From NCBI RefSeq assembly GCF_963921235.1, contig NC_086108.1, positions 39,372,001 to 39,436,000 of the forward strand: a stretch of 64,000 nt of DNA. Direction: 5' to 3'. The notes beneath the pieces are model-generated. The model ran no database searches. It was not told the origin of the DNA and saw nothing but the letters and a program-made list of their open reading frames with translations. The stretch comes from Mobula hypostoma. Its lineage: Eukaryota. The translations under genes and the position numbers were made by a program. Below are positions 25,453 through 39,090 of this stretch, piece by piece. Numbering within the stretch: the first letter of the stretch is position 1; each line of letters starts with the position of its first letter.

Positions 25453-25859
25453 TATACTGTACTTTGATAATAAAATTACTTTGACTATCTTCTGGAAGTT
25501 CTTTGCCTCTCATTATATATACTTCTATCAGGTTGCCCTCAGCATACACTCCAGAGGAAAAAAATACTTCTAAAGTTTGTCTAACCTCACGTTGTATTCA
25601 GGTCTCTTAGGGAAAAACTGCTCAGAATGTGGCTATGAGCCATTTGTCTGCTCTCCCACACGTCGTGACATCCGTGGTTGGCAGGGCCCTAAGGATGACA
25701 GATCAAAAGTGGAAATGGGAATCGTTTAGCATTCCATGCAATGTTTACGCTAAATTATATCTCATGATGTCAAGTGGACATGATGTTCATGTAAGCACCC
25801 TCACCTGTAGATTCCACTCAGCCATCTACCACACATAACTTGGAAATAACCGACCCTGC

Positions 25860-26045
25860 CCAACCCTTTCTTCACCAATGCATATAAATCCTGAAGCTCC
25901 ATGCCCAATAATATCGTGGGACGACTTTGACCAGAAAGGGAGCAGCAGTTTAGCAAGGAAGTACAGCACCATCTTTTTGAAGGCAGCTATTGATGGCCAA
26001 CTGATGCTGGCTTGCCAGTGTCACTAGCATGCTAGAAAATAAATA
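25860..26045 (+). mobile_element. Ancient LINE (L2/CR1-type) 3' end
   Basis: aaatcctgaagctcc..cagcagtttagcaagg..tgctggcttgccagtg..aaaataaa resembles a decayed LINE terminus (recognised from memory only). Confidence 0.45.
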
Positions 26046-26702
26046 GATAATTAAATGAGATGTGCATAGAAAGCACCGAGGGCTATGAAAGCAAAGCGAT
26101 GCTCAAGGTCAGTGATCGGCAAATACTGAAGCACATGTAGAAAAAGATGGCAGAATTTAAGAAAACATTGAAGTTGTTACATATCAAGCAGATCATCCAG
26201 AAAAGTATGCCACATATTTTTCTGTAAGTTAGTAAACGGAGAGAGATACCTTCCTGCCCGAATCACAACACTCACACTAACCTCCATTTGGTCTGTTTAG
26301 ATTCACTACTTCTCTGCTTAATTATTCTGCTACCTTTTGCCACTACAGAGGTTTCTCCCACAAACAGGACCTACCTACAAATATTGTGTGATATACTACA
26401 AAACAAGTGTTTTTTTGGAGCTGCAGTTAACAGCTGGAATTTTAACTGATGTGGCTCTTGTGATTGTAAGTCTAGTAGGATACTGTTGCTACTGTTGTCA
26501 GACCTTCAAAGCAAGGCAGCACACTGGAATGTTTTATCAAAGCTTGCAAACATCAACAAAGCAACAACATGCCAAAGATAAAATGAATGATATTGCACAG
26601 GGAGCCACAGTACATTGTTCGGGAAGGGAAAAATGATGATGTCAGAATACAGTAATAGTTACCAGATATGAATGATTAAGGTTTTAAGTATTTACCACAG
26701 TC

Positions 26703-28495
26703 TGTCAGGAAATGTAGAGGAGACTTGACCCAAAACCAGGGCAGCAGAGATGATTTAGCAGCAAACAATACTTTACTAATAGACTACAAAATAACAAGCC
26801 ATGAAGGGCCACAAAGCAAGAGAGAGCAGAAACTAAACACAACAGGCAACAAGCTAAACTTTAAACAGGGAGAGTAAAAGCTCAGAGCAAGTGTTTGAAA
26901 CCAGCTGGTTCAATGAGTAATCAAGGACTGTTGATGAAAATTGGGGTTAAATAGGCTACAGGTGATGAGTAGGGCATCAATGGCAGGTGAATCCTATTAG
27001 CTGGGTGGAGACTGGGAGGTGCTTACAGCTCCAGGCCAGACAGGGACTATGCCCCATGGCCAGCACCCAATGGCCCAGGAGAACATTGGGTGGAACTCAT
27101 TGATGCGCAATGGATCCAGGATTTAACTGGGTGGTGCCCAAGACCTCTCCTCTGGGCCATACCCTTCCCTGTCAACCAGTTATTGAACACCCCATCCATG
27201 GTAACCTGATTCCATCAGCCAGTGAACTTCCACCATCCTAGGATCTGGAGGTGCAGGCTCCACATGAAACAGATTGGCTCTTTCTGACTGGCTGTTGGTC
27301 TGCGGATGATGCCCAGAGGACAAACTCACTGGAGAAGGGGGCAGATGTTCTGCCTGAAATAGGAGACAAATTGTGGAACCCAGTCTGACATGGTGCCTTG
27401 AGGAGATGAGCTGCATGTTGGAGAACCAGGTCCGCTGCCTGAGCTGCTGATGCAAGCTCAGGGAGGGCACTAAAATGGGAGGCTGGGAAGGTGGCAAACC
27501 CATGATGAAGTCCATGGTGATGTGGGACCATGGATGTTGATGGGACGGGCAGGGGTCCCAGCAGCCCAGTGGCCCACTGGTTGGAGGAATTGGGCTGGGC
27601 ACACTGAAGGCAGGCAGCAATGAACTGGTGTACATCTGCGACCATGTTGGGCCACCAGAACTGGCGTTGCAAGAAACCCAGGGTCGGTCATAAGCCTGAA
27701 TGGCCGGAAAGGGGTGAGGAGTCGGCCCACAGAAATGCATCGGAGTGCATGGCCGTTGACACATATGTGCAGTTGTCTACTGTGTTGGCCCGAGCAGGCT
27801 TGTGCTGTAGGGCCTGGCAGTTCTGGTTCTCAAAATCCCAGACGATCAGGGTGAGGGGATCTGCAAGGGTGACAGGGCATCCACCTTAGTGTTCCTGGAG
27901 CCGAGTGGGTAGGAGATGGTAAAGTTAAATTGTTTGAAGTGCAAGACACAGTGGGACAGGAAGCTGCAGTATCAGGCTGGAGACCCATCGAAGCATTTGG
28001 GCATACGTCAGGAATTCAGGGCTCAGAGAAAGGAAGTTGATTGGTGTGGAATTTCTGCAACGCGGTGGAAAGTTGGATGATAGCGGCCGACAGTGGCCAG
28101 GCCTCTGCATCGTGTGTTCATGTGGCAGACAACTTCCTTTAGGTAAGCATACTCTGCTGGGGTCAATCAATGATTCACTCATTCTGTCAGGAAATGTAGA
28201 GGAGGCTTGACCCAAAAGCAGAACAGTAGAGATGATTTAGCAGTAAAAATAGACCACAAAATAACAAGATACAAAGGGCCACAAAACAAGCAGAAACTAA
28301 ACACAACAAGTAACAAGGTAAACTTTAGGCAGAGAAAATGAAGGTTCGGAGCATCTGGCTGAAGCCAGCTGGTTCAAGAGTATGTCGATGTGAATCGGGG
28401 TTAAACAGGCTGCCGGTGATGAGTCTGGAATAAGTGGCAAGTGAATCCTATTAGCTAGGTGGAACTGGGAGGTGTCTGCATGTGCAGGCCTGACA
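26703..28495 (-). mobile_element. Internally deleted chromoviral Gypsy (sushi-like) element with both LTRs and 5-bp TSD
   Basis: LTRs 26703-27042 and 28185-28495 (TGTCAGG..CCTGACA); TSD cagtc at 26698-26702 and 28496-28500; integrase FWWPNM..CLQCAQ, PWSHITMDFIMGLP, HPQTNSQSERAN; chromodomain Q*LVDREGYGPEERSW (~27135-27185). Confidence 0.9.
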
Positions 28496-29521
28496 CAGTC
28501 TGAAAGCTTTCTAATTGAGCACCATTTATATTATTTTCATCCTCCCAAAATGCCTCAGTGAGATACAACACGTGCATGCTGGATTAGTAGTCTTGCCGCA
28601 CTACAGACGCTTTAGGAGATAGATTTTATAATAGTTCAGTAGTTCCATGTAATATCAGAGAAATGTATATAATGTACACCCTGAAATTCTTGTTCTTTGC
28701 AGACATCCACAAAAGCAGAAGAGTGCTCCAAGGAATGAGAGACAGGTAAAATCTTAGAATCCTAAAGCCCCCCACTTCCTCCTCCTACACACAAACAACA
28801 GCAAACCAATGACATGCCCATCCTCACCCACTTCCACAAAAACCATCAGCACCCCCCACCCACCAAGCATGCAATAGCAAAGCCCACAATAATATGCATA
28901 TTATAAATTACTGAATTTGAAATGTTTTCGTGCATAAGTAATTAAATACCCTGGATGAAACTTCAAAAATAAATTCACAATTGGAGAAACAAAATGGTAT
29001 ATTTTAACTCTTACTCGAGAAGAAACCTAAAACAGGTCTTGTGGAAATTCTTGATGCTTCAGCGAGATTATTAAGCAAGCAGAAGCTTTGCTGGTAATGA
29101 TGGAATGCATTGATCTCAGCTCAGGAAGAAGGGAAATCTGTCTAACTGGTTTTATTGTTGTTATGTTAGTGAATGCCGAGTTAACCCTGTTTCCTAACTA
29201 ACAAACCACTCTGGAAGGGCACGTATTGAAGGGTACGTGATGGAAGGATTAGGGTTAGGCTCAAGATTGGGTTTGGGGACAATGTTAGAATAAGTATGCA
29301 GATAGGTTCAGGCCCAAGTTAAGAACTGTTACTGAGCTGAAACATGGACTCAGCATTAATCCCTGATTCAGAATTGGCATGGGGTTGGGCTCAGATAGTT
29401 GTATCTATATGGATAAATATCAGGTTCTATCATAAGGGAATTGTCAGGCTTGGCATTGGATTGGGTTTCGTTCAGGCACTAAATTGGAATCAAACCCAGA
29501 ATCAATCAGCTGGTACTCATA

Positions 29522-29703
29522 TACAGAAGATTCTGCAGATGCTGGAAATCTTGAGCAATTCATACAAAATGCTGAAGGCACTCAACATCTATGGAGGTGA
29601 ATAAACAGTCAATATTTTAGAAGGGTCTTCGCCTGAAATGTCAATTGTTTATTCCCCTCCACAGATGTTGCTCGACTTGTTGATTTCCTCCAATGTTTTG
29701 TGT
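29522..29703. mobile_element. Palindromic Penelope-tail derivative
   Basis: ctgcagatgctggaaatc..catctatggag..aataaacagtcaa followed by its inverse gaagggtcttcgcctgaaatgtcaattgtttatt..cagatgttg. Confidence 0.7.
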
Positions 29704-31399
29704 AGGGTGAGCAATCGCCTGCTGGTTGTGCTTGGATATGGACCGGATACAGTTTTTGGGCATTAGTTTGGGATCAGACTGTGGTTTGGCCCAAATGGGC
29801 TAAGGGGCATAAGGTCATGAGCATAGTTGGGAATGGTTCCGTTTCAGGATTAGGATGGGACTCAAATCATCAGGATCAGGCTCAGATAAAGTTCAGTTGT
29901 CATTCTCAGTGTTATAGGCTGGCTTGCTGCCAGTCTTGTTATAATATTGGTTTTGGGATGAGGACTTGCTTTTGACACTTAAGCTCAAGGACGGATGGGG
30001 TCAGATTCATGGTCAATGATCTGAGTCAAAGAAACCAGTATCAGTGTAGGAGTTGTAGATGGAACCAAAAGAGGGAGTCCCTCCAATGTGAACTCGGACG
30101 TGGTGCTGTATGGCATCCTTTCATGTCAATTTACTCTTCTAAATGATTGTCCCTTTGACAAATTACTGATGATCATATGCAATACCTCAGAAAGGAATCA
30201 ACATCAGAGGAAGGGAATGCACATTCAAGTAGAAGCCAAGAAAAAAAAATGTAAAATCAGAAAAATCTTTTTGGCGTAGAACCTTATTTCCATGATGTCT
30301 CCATTTATGAATGTGGAAGCTCATCTGATAGTATTCTCAGGTTATTCCAGTTTTGGAAATCTAGATCCCGTGGAAGAGGGGAAGACCAACTGGTCAAAGC
30401 TGTCTCTTAGAGCTTCATCTGGTACACACAGTGGAACTGTAGTATGGTACATGGTCTAATTTTAAAAGTTGCTGGACATTTGATGAAATCTGCATCACTT
30501 TAGACACTGAGATCATGACAAAGAAAAGAATGGATTGCACTTGGAAAGCATCTTCCATATTTTCAGCTCATCCAATGGCATCTTATGATCAGGAATTGGG
30601 TGTGGGTCAATAACTTGAGCTGATGGTTCAAGGCAGAAAGTTGTAGTTTGCAATCCTACACCAAATATCAGAACACAAATATACCAGCTGTCTTTCCAGT
30701 GCATTGCTGAGGTGGTGCTGCACCTATGTTCTCGCCATTGTTTCTTTTACAGCTGCAAAAACAACCTGTGCTCTGAGTAGGAAATCTTTACACTGTCTGA
30801 AAATTATGCAGCACTTTAACTTTTTTTTGTAAGATGCACATCAAACCAAATACAAAGTACAACTCATAACACAAGTAAACAATTTCATCCAGTCAAAACA
30901 ACTGAAAAGGCACAATGGCAAAAAGAAAATGTTTTGACTACATAGAGTTGGTGTTCAGTTGGCCAGCGGTTCACTGACAATGAGCTACTGACTTCCATTC
31001 TGTTTTCACTGTTACAATTTGTAACAGTGCTGTAACTTGAAACACTGACAATGTAAATACATTGAACTCTAAAATGTTCCAAAGCAAAGGCTGTATTACA
31101 TTTATTATTTAGAAAATTTATGGGTTATATTCATTAACACATGCAGTAATTAATTACAGGGTATTTCACAATTATATTAACATAGGTTTCAAAGTTATAT
31201 TAACATTATATTAAAGAAAATTCCAGCTGTGTGGCAACAAAGGCTATGTGCACAGGAACATTTCAGTTACTGCATGGCCGCACGCCCGAGCAGCATGGAG
31301 AGAACAGTGTGCTGCACTCAGAAAATGTTACCTTTCAGATATCTGTAAAACTGATGTCTAGTCTGCTTCTTCATGACGCAGTTTGGAAAAGATGTGCTG

Positions 31400-31830
31400 T
31401 TCCCACTGCTCCATTTCACACATTGTCATTCTATACCTGCCCATTCCATTCTGTGACGTTACACTTCATTCCATACCCACCTAGTCCCCTCAGGCCCTTT
31501 GCATGCATCTGTGCATTCTGTTCTGTGCCTCAGCACTCCACCTTGTGCCCATCCCTGCTGCATTCTGCATCTGCTCACTCCATTCTTCTCCTCTGCACTC
31601 CATTCCACACGCTTGCTTTCCATTCCATGTCTGTTCACTCCATCCCCCATCCTTCTGCTCTATCCCATACTAATCTGCTCCATTTTGTGATTCCCTGCTC
31701 CATTCTGCATCATTGCACTCCATTCCACCTATACCTGCCCGATCCCACACCTCTTCACTCATTTCCATGGCAACAACTCTACTCCTCCTTCAGTCCTCAA
31801 CTTCCAGCTTGTTCCATTCTACACGCGTCT
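31400..31830 (+). repeat. Degenerate CCATT/CATTC-rich low-complexity repeat
   Basis: Recurrent tccattccat, ctccattct and ccattccac units. Confidence 0.7.
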
Positions 31831-32029
31831 GCTCCAGATCTCTTGGTAATGATCACAAATATAGATTATTTTGTCATTGTCATTTCTGGAATATTCCTGA
31901 TACATATTAGCTGCTGTGATCAGTATGTACTTCAGAGTCTTTAAAGTGCTTTAGATTATGCTGGGAAAAAAACATGGAAGTCAGGATAGAAATGCATGTC
32001 TTCTTACTTTTTACACATTTTAGTGTAGA

Positions 32030-32402
32030 TAGGCAAATGAGGCTGAGGGGTTACCTGATAGAAAATCAAGAGAGGCACAGGTATGGTAGATAGTCATAAG
32101 TATTTTGATATTTAGGGATACCCAAACCAAGAGAGCTTGGGCTTAAGGTGAGAGGGAGTTTTAGAGTTTTTGAAAGGAAAGTTTTTCCACACGGTCATTT
32201 TTTTTTCAATGAGCTGCCAGTGGGAGTGACAGAATCATATGTAATGACAGTTTAAGAGATGTTTAACCAGGAACGTAAATAGGCAAGATATAGAATACAG
32301 TCGTAATGCAGGTAACTGAGGTAGGTGGAGATGGACAAAACTGTTAGCATGGACATGGTGGGCTGGAATGCCTGTTTCTATGTTGTACATCTTTATGACT
32401 CT
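32030..32402 (+). mobile_element. Old CR1 3' end
   Basis: aggctgaggggttacctgataga..aatgagctgcca..gggctggaatgcctgtttctatgttgta. Confidence 0.7.
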
Positions 32403-32441
32403 TAGTAATGTAACATCAATTCAGCCAAAGGAGACGTAAGT

Positions 32442-32580
32442 GACTGCAGATGCTGGAATCAGCAGCTTCAAACAATCTGCTACTCTGAGCAGCATCTACT
32501 GGAAAACAATTGTTAAAGCTTCGAGTCAAAACCCTGCATCAGGTCCTGCTGAGTTCCTCCAGCAGATTGGTTATTGCTCC
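32442..32580. mobile_element. Palindromic Penelope-tail derivative
   Basis: ctgcagatgctggaatc..aacaatctgct..accctgcatcagg then cctgctgagttcctccagcagattg (aatctgct/agcagatt inverted). Confidence 0.65.
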
Positions 32581-34624
32581 ATAAGTTCAGTAATCAGTAC
32601 AGCTCAGCTATATTAATTTATTATAGCCATTCTCTTAGACCAACCCAGGACTAATTTGGCAATACATTTGCACCTGAGGTTATAAAACCAACAGAAAATT
32701 TAGTACTTTGTATCTAAAATAAACTCTTTCTAAAACAATTCTTGGATGTTGAATATTGATTGTGCACTCACCTTTAAATAACGAGTAACAATTGCCTAAT
32801 GCTGATGCTGTAAACTGTTGCAGATTCTTTTTATTAGTTACTACTACTAACATATGCATGTACTAAAAATCTGGTTCAGCTGTCTGGTCTCCGCCTCAAA
32901 ACTGTTGCCAGGAGCTGTCCAAAACAGGGACTCAAACATTAAAATGAATAAGCTATGTGACAGAAGGGCAGCAGTGTCGGTCTGTCCTGCCCAAATGACA
33001 TGCAAATAAATTCACCCCTCTCTTACTTAAGGTACATTACTCAAAACCGCAACCGTCTTAGACAGAAAGTGGATTTCAAGGCGACTGGTTTCTGGGAGTT
33101 TGAACAGGGTTGGCAGAAGTACAGACAGTACTGTTTTAAAATACCCAGAAGTCTGATGAAAAATAATTTCCATATTTCCACAGCAATAAAAGATGGTAAG
33201 TACAAAAGTAGTCCAGACATTAAAATTAAAGTAGGTCCTCACTGGAATAAACTTTAAGTTCTAGAAGGTATCATGGTTTCCAAAGTATATTGTTTTATAA
33301 TTTGATTTTATTACATTTTCTTCACTAGTTTTTCCCAATTGCTTCCCAATCCAGTACTGTTCAATACTTCATGACTACACCTCTTCCATCTACAATGTTA
33401 AACCTATTATGAAAACATCACAGAAGAGCATACGGATGCTTCATGTTCTAGTATCAATAGAGAAATAAACTTCTGGGAAAATCAGACAACAGATTCTGGA
33501 CGTGGAGGAGAGGATAGACAACTGTGTGCATGTAGACGTCAATTTACTGTGGCTTGCATTTCACTTACAGTGGGATTTAATAATGGAATGAAAACATGAT
33601 TCAGTTTACGAAAGGAGGAACCATGCTGATGCTGTTCACACTTTAGATCTTTCTATTAAGGAAATCAATGCTCATTTATAGGTGCCACTGAAACCTAAGG
33701 TAATGGACTCTCATCAGACTTAATGGATTTTAAATGGCTCATGTCTCATAGACCAAAGTGTTACTTAAGGACTGGTTCTTCTTTTAGAACAAGTTATTTG
33801 CACGCTCGCTCTGCTCATTAGCAAGATTTGTTCGAATAATTCAGATTTTGCAATAATTCAGCATTGCACTAACTCAGACAGGAAAGGTAGTCAGCAGATG
33901 GGAAATTCAAATACTGAGATATATCTTAGATATTTTTAAATAATTATTTTTACTTCTTCTGTCACTTCCTTCCTATTTTTCTAACCCATTTGTATTTTCC
34001 AAACTCCATTTGATTATTGAAATTGTATATTCTAACCTCATTCTTTGTTCAGGAAGTCTCTAATATAGAAGAAATATCTGAAAATGGATTTGACTAAATC
34101 CATTTGCAACTTTTATGCACAAATAGGGCACTAGAATGACTTTGCACTTATTTAGAAGTGATTGTGTTAAGTTCCTGTTGAAGTCTCGTCTTTCTAGGAA
34201 TTGGATAGGGCAGGTCCTGTCACAATTTCCTTAAATTATTCCTGTTCTGTGCCAACAGACGACGACGTTATTAATGGTCCTGTGCCCATTAATAGGTTAT
34301 TGGCAGAAATTAAAGCAAAGGGTTATGTTTACAGAGCCTGTTACTTAATTCTCAGTTCAATAAAGGGTAAGGACATGCAGGAGATGGTGAAAGATGTGTG
34401 ACTTGCAAAGACTTTGCTAGAAATCAATTTAAATTTTATAAATGACCTCCATTCCAACAAAGTTATTGATTATAAATATCAGGCTCTGAGATAAATTGCA
34501 ACCACAGTTCCATGATTTTTCCCATTCTAATCATATGTCACAGCTTATTTCTGGTCTGACAACAATTCCCATCTTCTCCCTATCCAGACCATAATCCTTT
34601 CCATCCATACCATTCCTTCTGCTT

Positions 34625-36432
34625 CCATAAGACCATAAGAACATAAAATATAAGAGCAGAATTAGGCCATTTGGCCCATTGAGTCTGCTCCGGCATTTCA
34701 TCATGGCGGATCCATTTTTCCATAGCCCCAACCTTCCCCCTGTATCTCTTCATGCCCTGGCTAATTAAGAATCTATCAACCTCTGCCTGAAATATACCCA
34801 ATGACTTGGCCTCCACAGCTGCCTGTGACAATGAATTCCACAGATTCACAACTCCCTGGCTAAAGAAATTCCTTCTCATCTCCATTCTAAAAGAATGCCC
34901 CTCTATTCTGAAACTGGGTCCTTTGGTCTTAGACTCCCTCACCAGAAAAAAAATATCCTCTCCACATTCACTCTATCAAGGCCGTTCAACATTCAACAGA
35001 TTTCAATGAGGTCATCCCTCATTCTTCTGAATTCCAGTGAGTAGAGGCCCAGAGCCATCAAATGTTCCTCATATGATAACTCATTCAATCCTGGAATCAT
35101 TTTCATGAACTTCCTCTGGACCCTCTCCAACATCAGCACATCCTTTCTTAGATAAGGTGCCCAAAACAACTCACAATACTCCAAGTACAGTCTGGCAAAT
35201 GCCATGTAAAGCCTTAAGATTACATCCTTGCATTGATATTCTAGTCCTCTCGAAATGAATGTCAACATTGCATTTGCTTTCCTCACCACTGACTCAACCT
35301 GCCAATTACCTTTTGGGAATCCTGCACGAGGTCTCCCAAGTCCCTTTGCACCTCAGATTTTTAAATTTTCTCTCCAGTTAGAAAATAGTCTACGCTTCTA
35401 TTTCTTCTACCAAAGTGCATGACCATACACTTCTCTACACTGTATTCTATCTTCCACTTCTTTACCTAGTCTCCTAATATATTTAAGTCTTTTTTTAGTC
35501 TCTCTACTTCCTCAAAACTACCTGCCACTCCATCTATTTTCATATCATCTGCAAACTTGGCAACAACACCATCAAATCCATCGTCCAAATCATTGACTTA
35601 CAACTTAAAAAGATGTGGTCGCAACACTGACCCTGTGAAACACCACTAGTAACTGGCTCCCTGTCCACCCTTTGCCTCCTGCCAATCAGCCAACGCTCTA
35701 TCCATGCTTGTATCTTTCCTGTAATACCATGACCTCTTACCTTGTTAAGCGGCCTTTGTGTGGCACCTTGTCAAACGCATTCTGAAAATCCAAATACACA
35801 AATCAACGATCTGCCTTTGTCTGTTGTGCTTGCTATTTCTTCAAAGAATTCCAACAGACTTGTTAGGCAGAATTTTCTTTAAAGAGACTATGCTGAGTAC
35901 GGCCTCTTTGATCATGTGCCTCCAAGTAACCTGAAACCATATCCCTAAGAATCAACTCCAACATCTTCCCAACCACTAAGGTCAGAGTAACTGGCCTATA
36001 ATTTCCTTTCTTCTGCCTCTCCCTCTTCTTGAAAGTGGAGTGACATTTGCAATTTTCTGATCCTCCAGAACCATTCCAGAGTCTAATAATTCTTGAAAGA
36101 TCATTACTGATGTCTCCACTATCTCTTCAGCCACGCCTTTCAGAATGCTGGGGTGTCTACCACCTGGTCCAGGTAACTTATCTACCTTCAAACCTTTTAG
36201 TTTTCCAAGAACCTTCTGCCTAGTAATGGCAACTTCACACACTTCTGTCCCCTGACACTCTCGAGCTCCCAGCATACTGCTAGTGTCTTCCACTGTGATG
36301 AAAAGTACTGATACAATTTGTCTGCTATTTCCTTGTACCCTATAACTACCTCTCCAGCATCATTTTCCAGTGGTCCAATATCTACTCTGTCTCTCTTTTA
36401 CTCTTTATGTATCTGAAGAAACTTTTGGTAGC
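34625..36432 (-). mobile_element. CR1 LINE fragment
   Basis: LKVDKLPGPGGRHPSILK, RKANAMLTFISRG, RRNFFSQGVVNLWNSL; tail cataagaccataaga. Confidence 0.88.
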
Positions 36433-36596
36433 TTTTGGTTCCTTCTAGTCCTGACCACAGACCATCCATCCAAGTCCATCCCTGTTCAGACCCAAGCTCC
36501 CAGCTCAGATCCATCCTAACCACCACCACCAGCCTATTCTCTGCATTGACCACAGACCCTAGTTCCACTCAGCCCTGTCCACCACCTCAGGCTCAG

Positions 36597-36708
36597 TCAG
36601 AATCAGAATCAGGTTTATTATCATCGGCACGTGTCATGAAATTTGCTACTTTAGTAGCAGCAGTACAATGCAATACATAATATAGAAAGGAAAATAAATA
36701 AATCGATT

Positions 36709-36744
<36 letters not shown>

Positions 36745-37100
36745 AGATTTAAAATAGTGCAAAAGCAGAAATAATAGTATATTAAAAAAGTGAGGTAGTG
36801 TTCAATGTACACTTAGGAATCGTATGGCAGAAGCTGTTCCTGAATCGCTGAGTGTGTGCCTTCAGGCTTCTGTACTTCCTAATGATAGCAATGAGAAGAG
36901 GGCAAGCCCTGGGTGATGGGAGTCCTTAATAATGGACGTCACCCTTCTGAGGCACCGCTCCTTGAAGATGTCTACTACAGAGGCTGGTACCCAAGATGGA
37001 ACTGACTAATTTTATAACTTTCTGTAGCTTCTTTCAGTCCCATGCAGTGATGCAGCCAGTCAGAATGCTCTCCATGGTACGTCTTTAGAAGTTTTCAAGT
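36597..37100 (-). mobile_element. Rex1/Babar-like 3' end containing a (TA)n microsatellite (~36713-36740)
   Basis: tcagaatcagaatcagg tail; related to 56125-57000. Confidence 0.7.
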
Positions 37101-37287
37101 CACAGATGACTGCCACCAGCAAAAGCTTGCCCAATCACTTTCTTTGCTTATATCCAGTCTTTTGATAGCACCTAGTTCATCCGCTGCTGGATGTAAACCC
37201 TTGGCTTATCCACAGATGTCGTGGCTGTGAAACACACAGGTCAGGCCTGCACTTCTCTTAATGGGTAACCTACATTAAAAATCTCTT

Positions 37288-37641
37288 TTTATTTTGGCGT
37301 GTGCCTGCATGCCTGCGAGTCTGTATGTGTGTGTCTGCGTGTGCATGCGTGCATGTCTGTTCGTGTGCGTCTACGTGTGCGTGCGTGCGTCCATCTGGAA
37401 TGATATCTTTTTCATGGCATTTACAAGGCGCGGAGCGAGAGAGAGAGACTGCGTGGTCGACACTCCTCACACAGACATTTTCACAGTATTTTTCCCTTTA
37501 TTTTACAAGGTCGAGTTGTGATCTCAACACTCAACCTGGCACGGATGGAAAGCGTACTCACGAGTGGACCCGACTGGTTTCGAACCCGGGAACCACCGCT
37601 CCCGGGTCTGGCGCCGATGTCATTGCACCACCAGCCGACCC
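37288..37641 (-). mobile_element. Young tRNA-derived SINE with 19-bp TSD
   Basis: TSD cctacattaaaaatctctt at 37269-37287 and 37642-37660; minus-strand head GGGTCGGCTGGTGGTGCAATG (A box) and GGTTCGAAACC (B box); CA/CG-rich repeat and A-rich end. Confidence 0.88.
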
Positions 37642-38949
37642 CCTACATTAAAAATCTCTTAAAGCAAGGATATTCAAATTTCATGTTTTTGAGTTGCCGT
37701 GGATTTCATGCAAGAGCAAAGCCTAGTGTCCATTTAGCACTTAAAAATAGAAGCAATCCAATTTCTTCATTAAAGTGTACAATGCCTTGCAAATGAGTAT
37801 CATCTGAAACACAGTAATGACAGAGAGTAGACCTGAACGGTGATAGCCCAGTGGAGCATATAGGGTGAATCAGCTCTGTGTAGTGTGAATGGCTACAGGG
37901 TAACAAACCATCCCACCAGGTAGAAGGAAGCATGAACACACTGAGAAGGCAGAGTCAGCAGCCCACAGGGAGAAGCAGGTCTGGTAATGCTGGGTTGCCC
38001 CAGCTGAGTGGGACCCAAGCAGAGCAGGAAGAATGATTTCACAGTGAACTGTGCAGGCCGAACTTGGAGGAGGACAGTGTGAAAAGGGAAACTGACCAAG
38101 GAGTGTGCCACAGAAATTGGCCTTTGGGTGAAACATGGCAAACAGGATGATTGGAAGTGGACAGTGAAATGTGAAGAGGGTGTGGAAGTCACAGACTGAA
38201 ACAGAACCAATGAGGTTGAATAGGGAGAGTGTAGATAGAACAGGGAGCACATATCGTTTGTACATAGCGAGCTGAGGGGAATGTTTCCATACTATGGGGC
38301 AGATCCTGGGTGTAAAAGAGGAGAACATGATAGCCCGAGGTGATTCAATGACTCTATGACAACCAGTGAATGAAATTGAATGCTGTACACATGCAATCAC
38401 TGCGCCATTTTCAACATGAGACTGGGTAGGAGCAGTGATATAAGTTAACATAGAAAACAGAACTGAAGAAATGGTATGAAATTCCACTGTGCACAAGAGA
38501 CAAATGTAGTATGGGTCTGGAATATTGAAACAGATCTTAATTACAGGGTCCATGTCTTTATTGGGTTTAACTGATGGCCCAACCCATCCTGGGGCACTGC
38601 GAAGGAGTCTGAGGTCCGCATAGTCCTCAAGGCAAGTTTTTCTTTATATTCTCAATCTTAATGATGGCACCTTCACCCCAACACTGACTACATAGACTCT
38701 TCCCAATCTTCCGAATGCATGGAAGACCTCAGATTAGCCCATGAACCTCTCCTCGAATTATCCTCCCTCCACCACCTCCCCTGCCAGTCATCTGGTCAAT
38801 CCCACATCAAATTTGGTGATTTAATAAACATGATGGCTACAAAGGCAAATAAAAAAAATAACAGTATTGTGGATCAATGTTAGAGACAAAAAATACCAAC
38901 TAATGAAAGAGATGTTCAACTGCGAATTTCAGACTCTCATGAAAAGATG

Positions 38950-39058
38950 GCATGTGATTGCTCAGATGGTCTTTTGCAGGGATTTCAACATTTTTTTTAA
39001 TGTCATAGTCCAATACCATGAAGTAATTGGTCCATGGACCATAGGTTGGGAACCCCTG
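38950..39058. mobile_element. hAT-like MITE end
   Basis: Ends ggttgggaacccctg, similar to the TIR at 59500/60711; the other end was not found. Confidence 0.4.
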
Positions 39059-39090
39059 GTCTTTCATTTAAAAATGGTAGATAGAAAGAG

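Noticed and set aside
29230..30010. GGGTT/TTAGGG-like G-rich stretch as an interstitial telomere
   Set aside because: Only isolated hexamers with no tandem array; too degenerate to call.
30280..30755. Possible minus-strand exon (acceptor ttgtttttgcag near 30753; CKRNNGENIGAAPPQQCTGKTAGIFVF*)
   Set aside because: Short, unrecognised and compatible with chance.
31231..31944. 237-aa His/Pro/Ser-rich ORF
   Set aside because: By-product of a CCATT-type low-complexity repeat; no domain recognised.
37870..38553. 227-aa minus-strand ORF
   Set aside because: No domain motifs; the composition suggests a chance or decayed-repeat reading.
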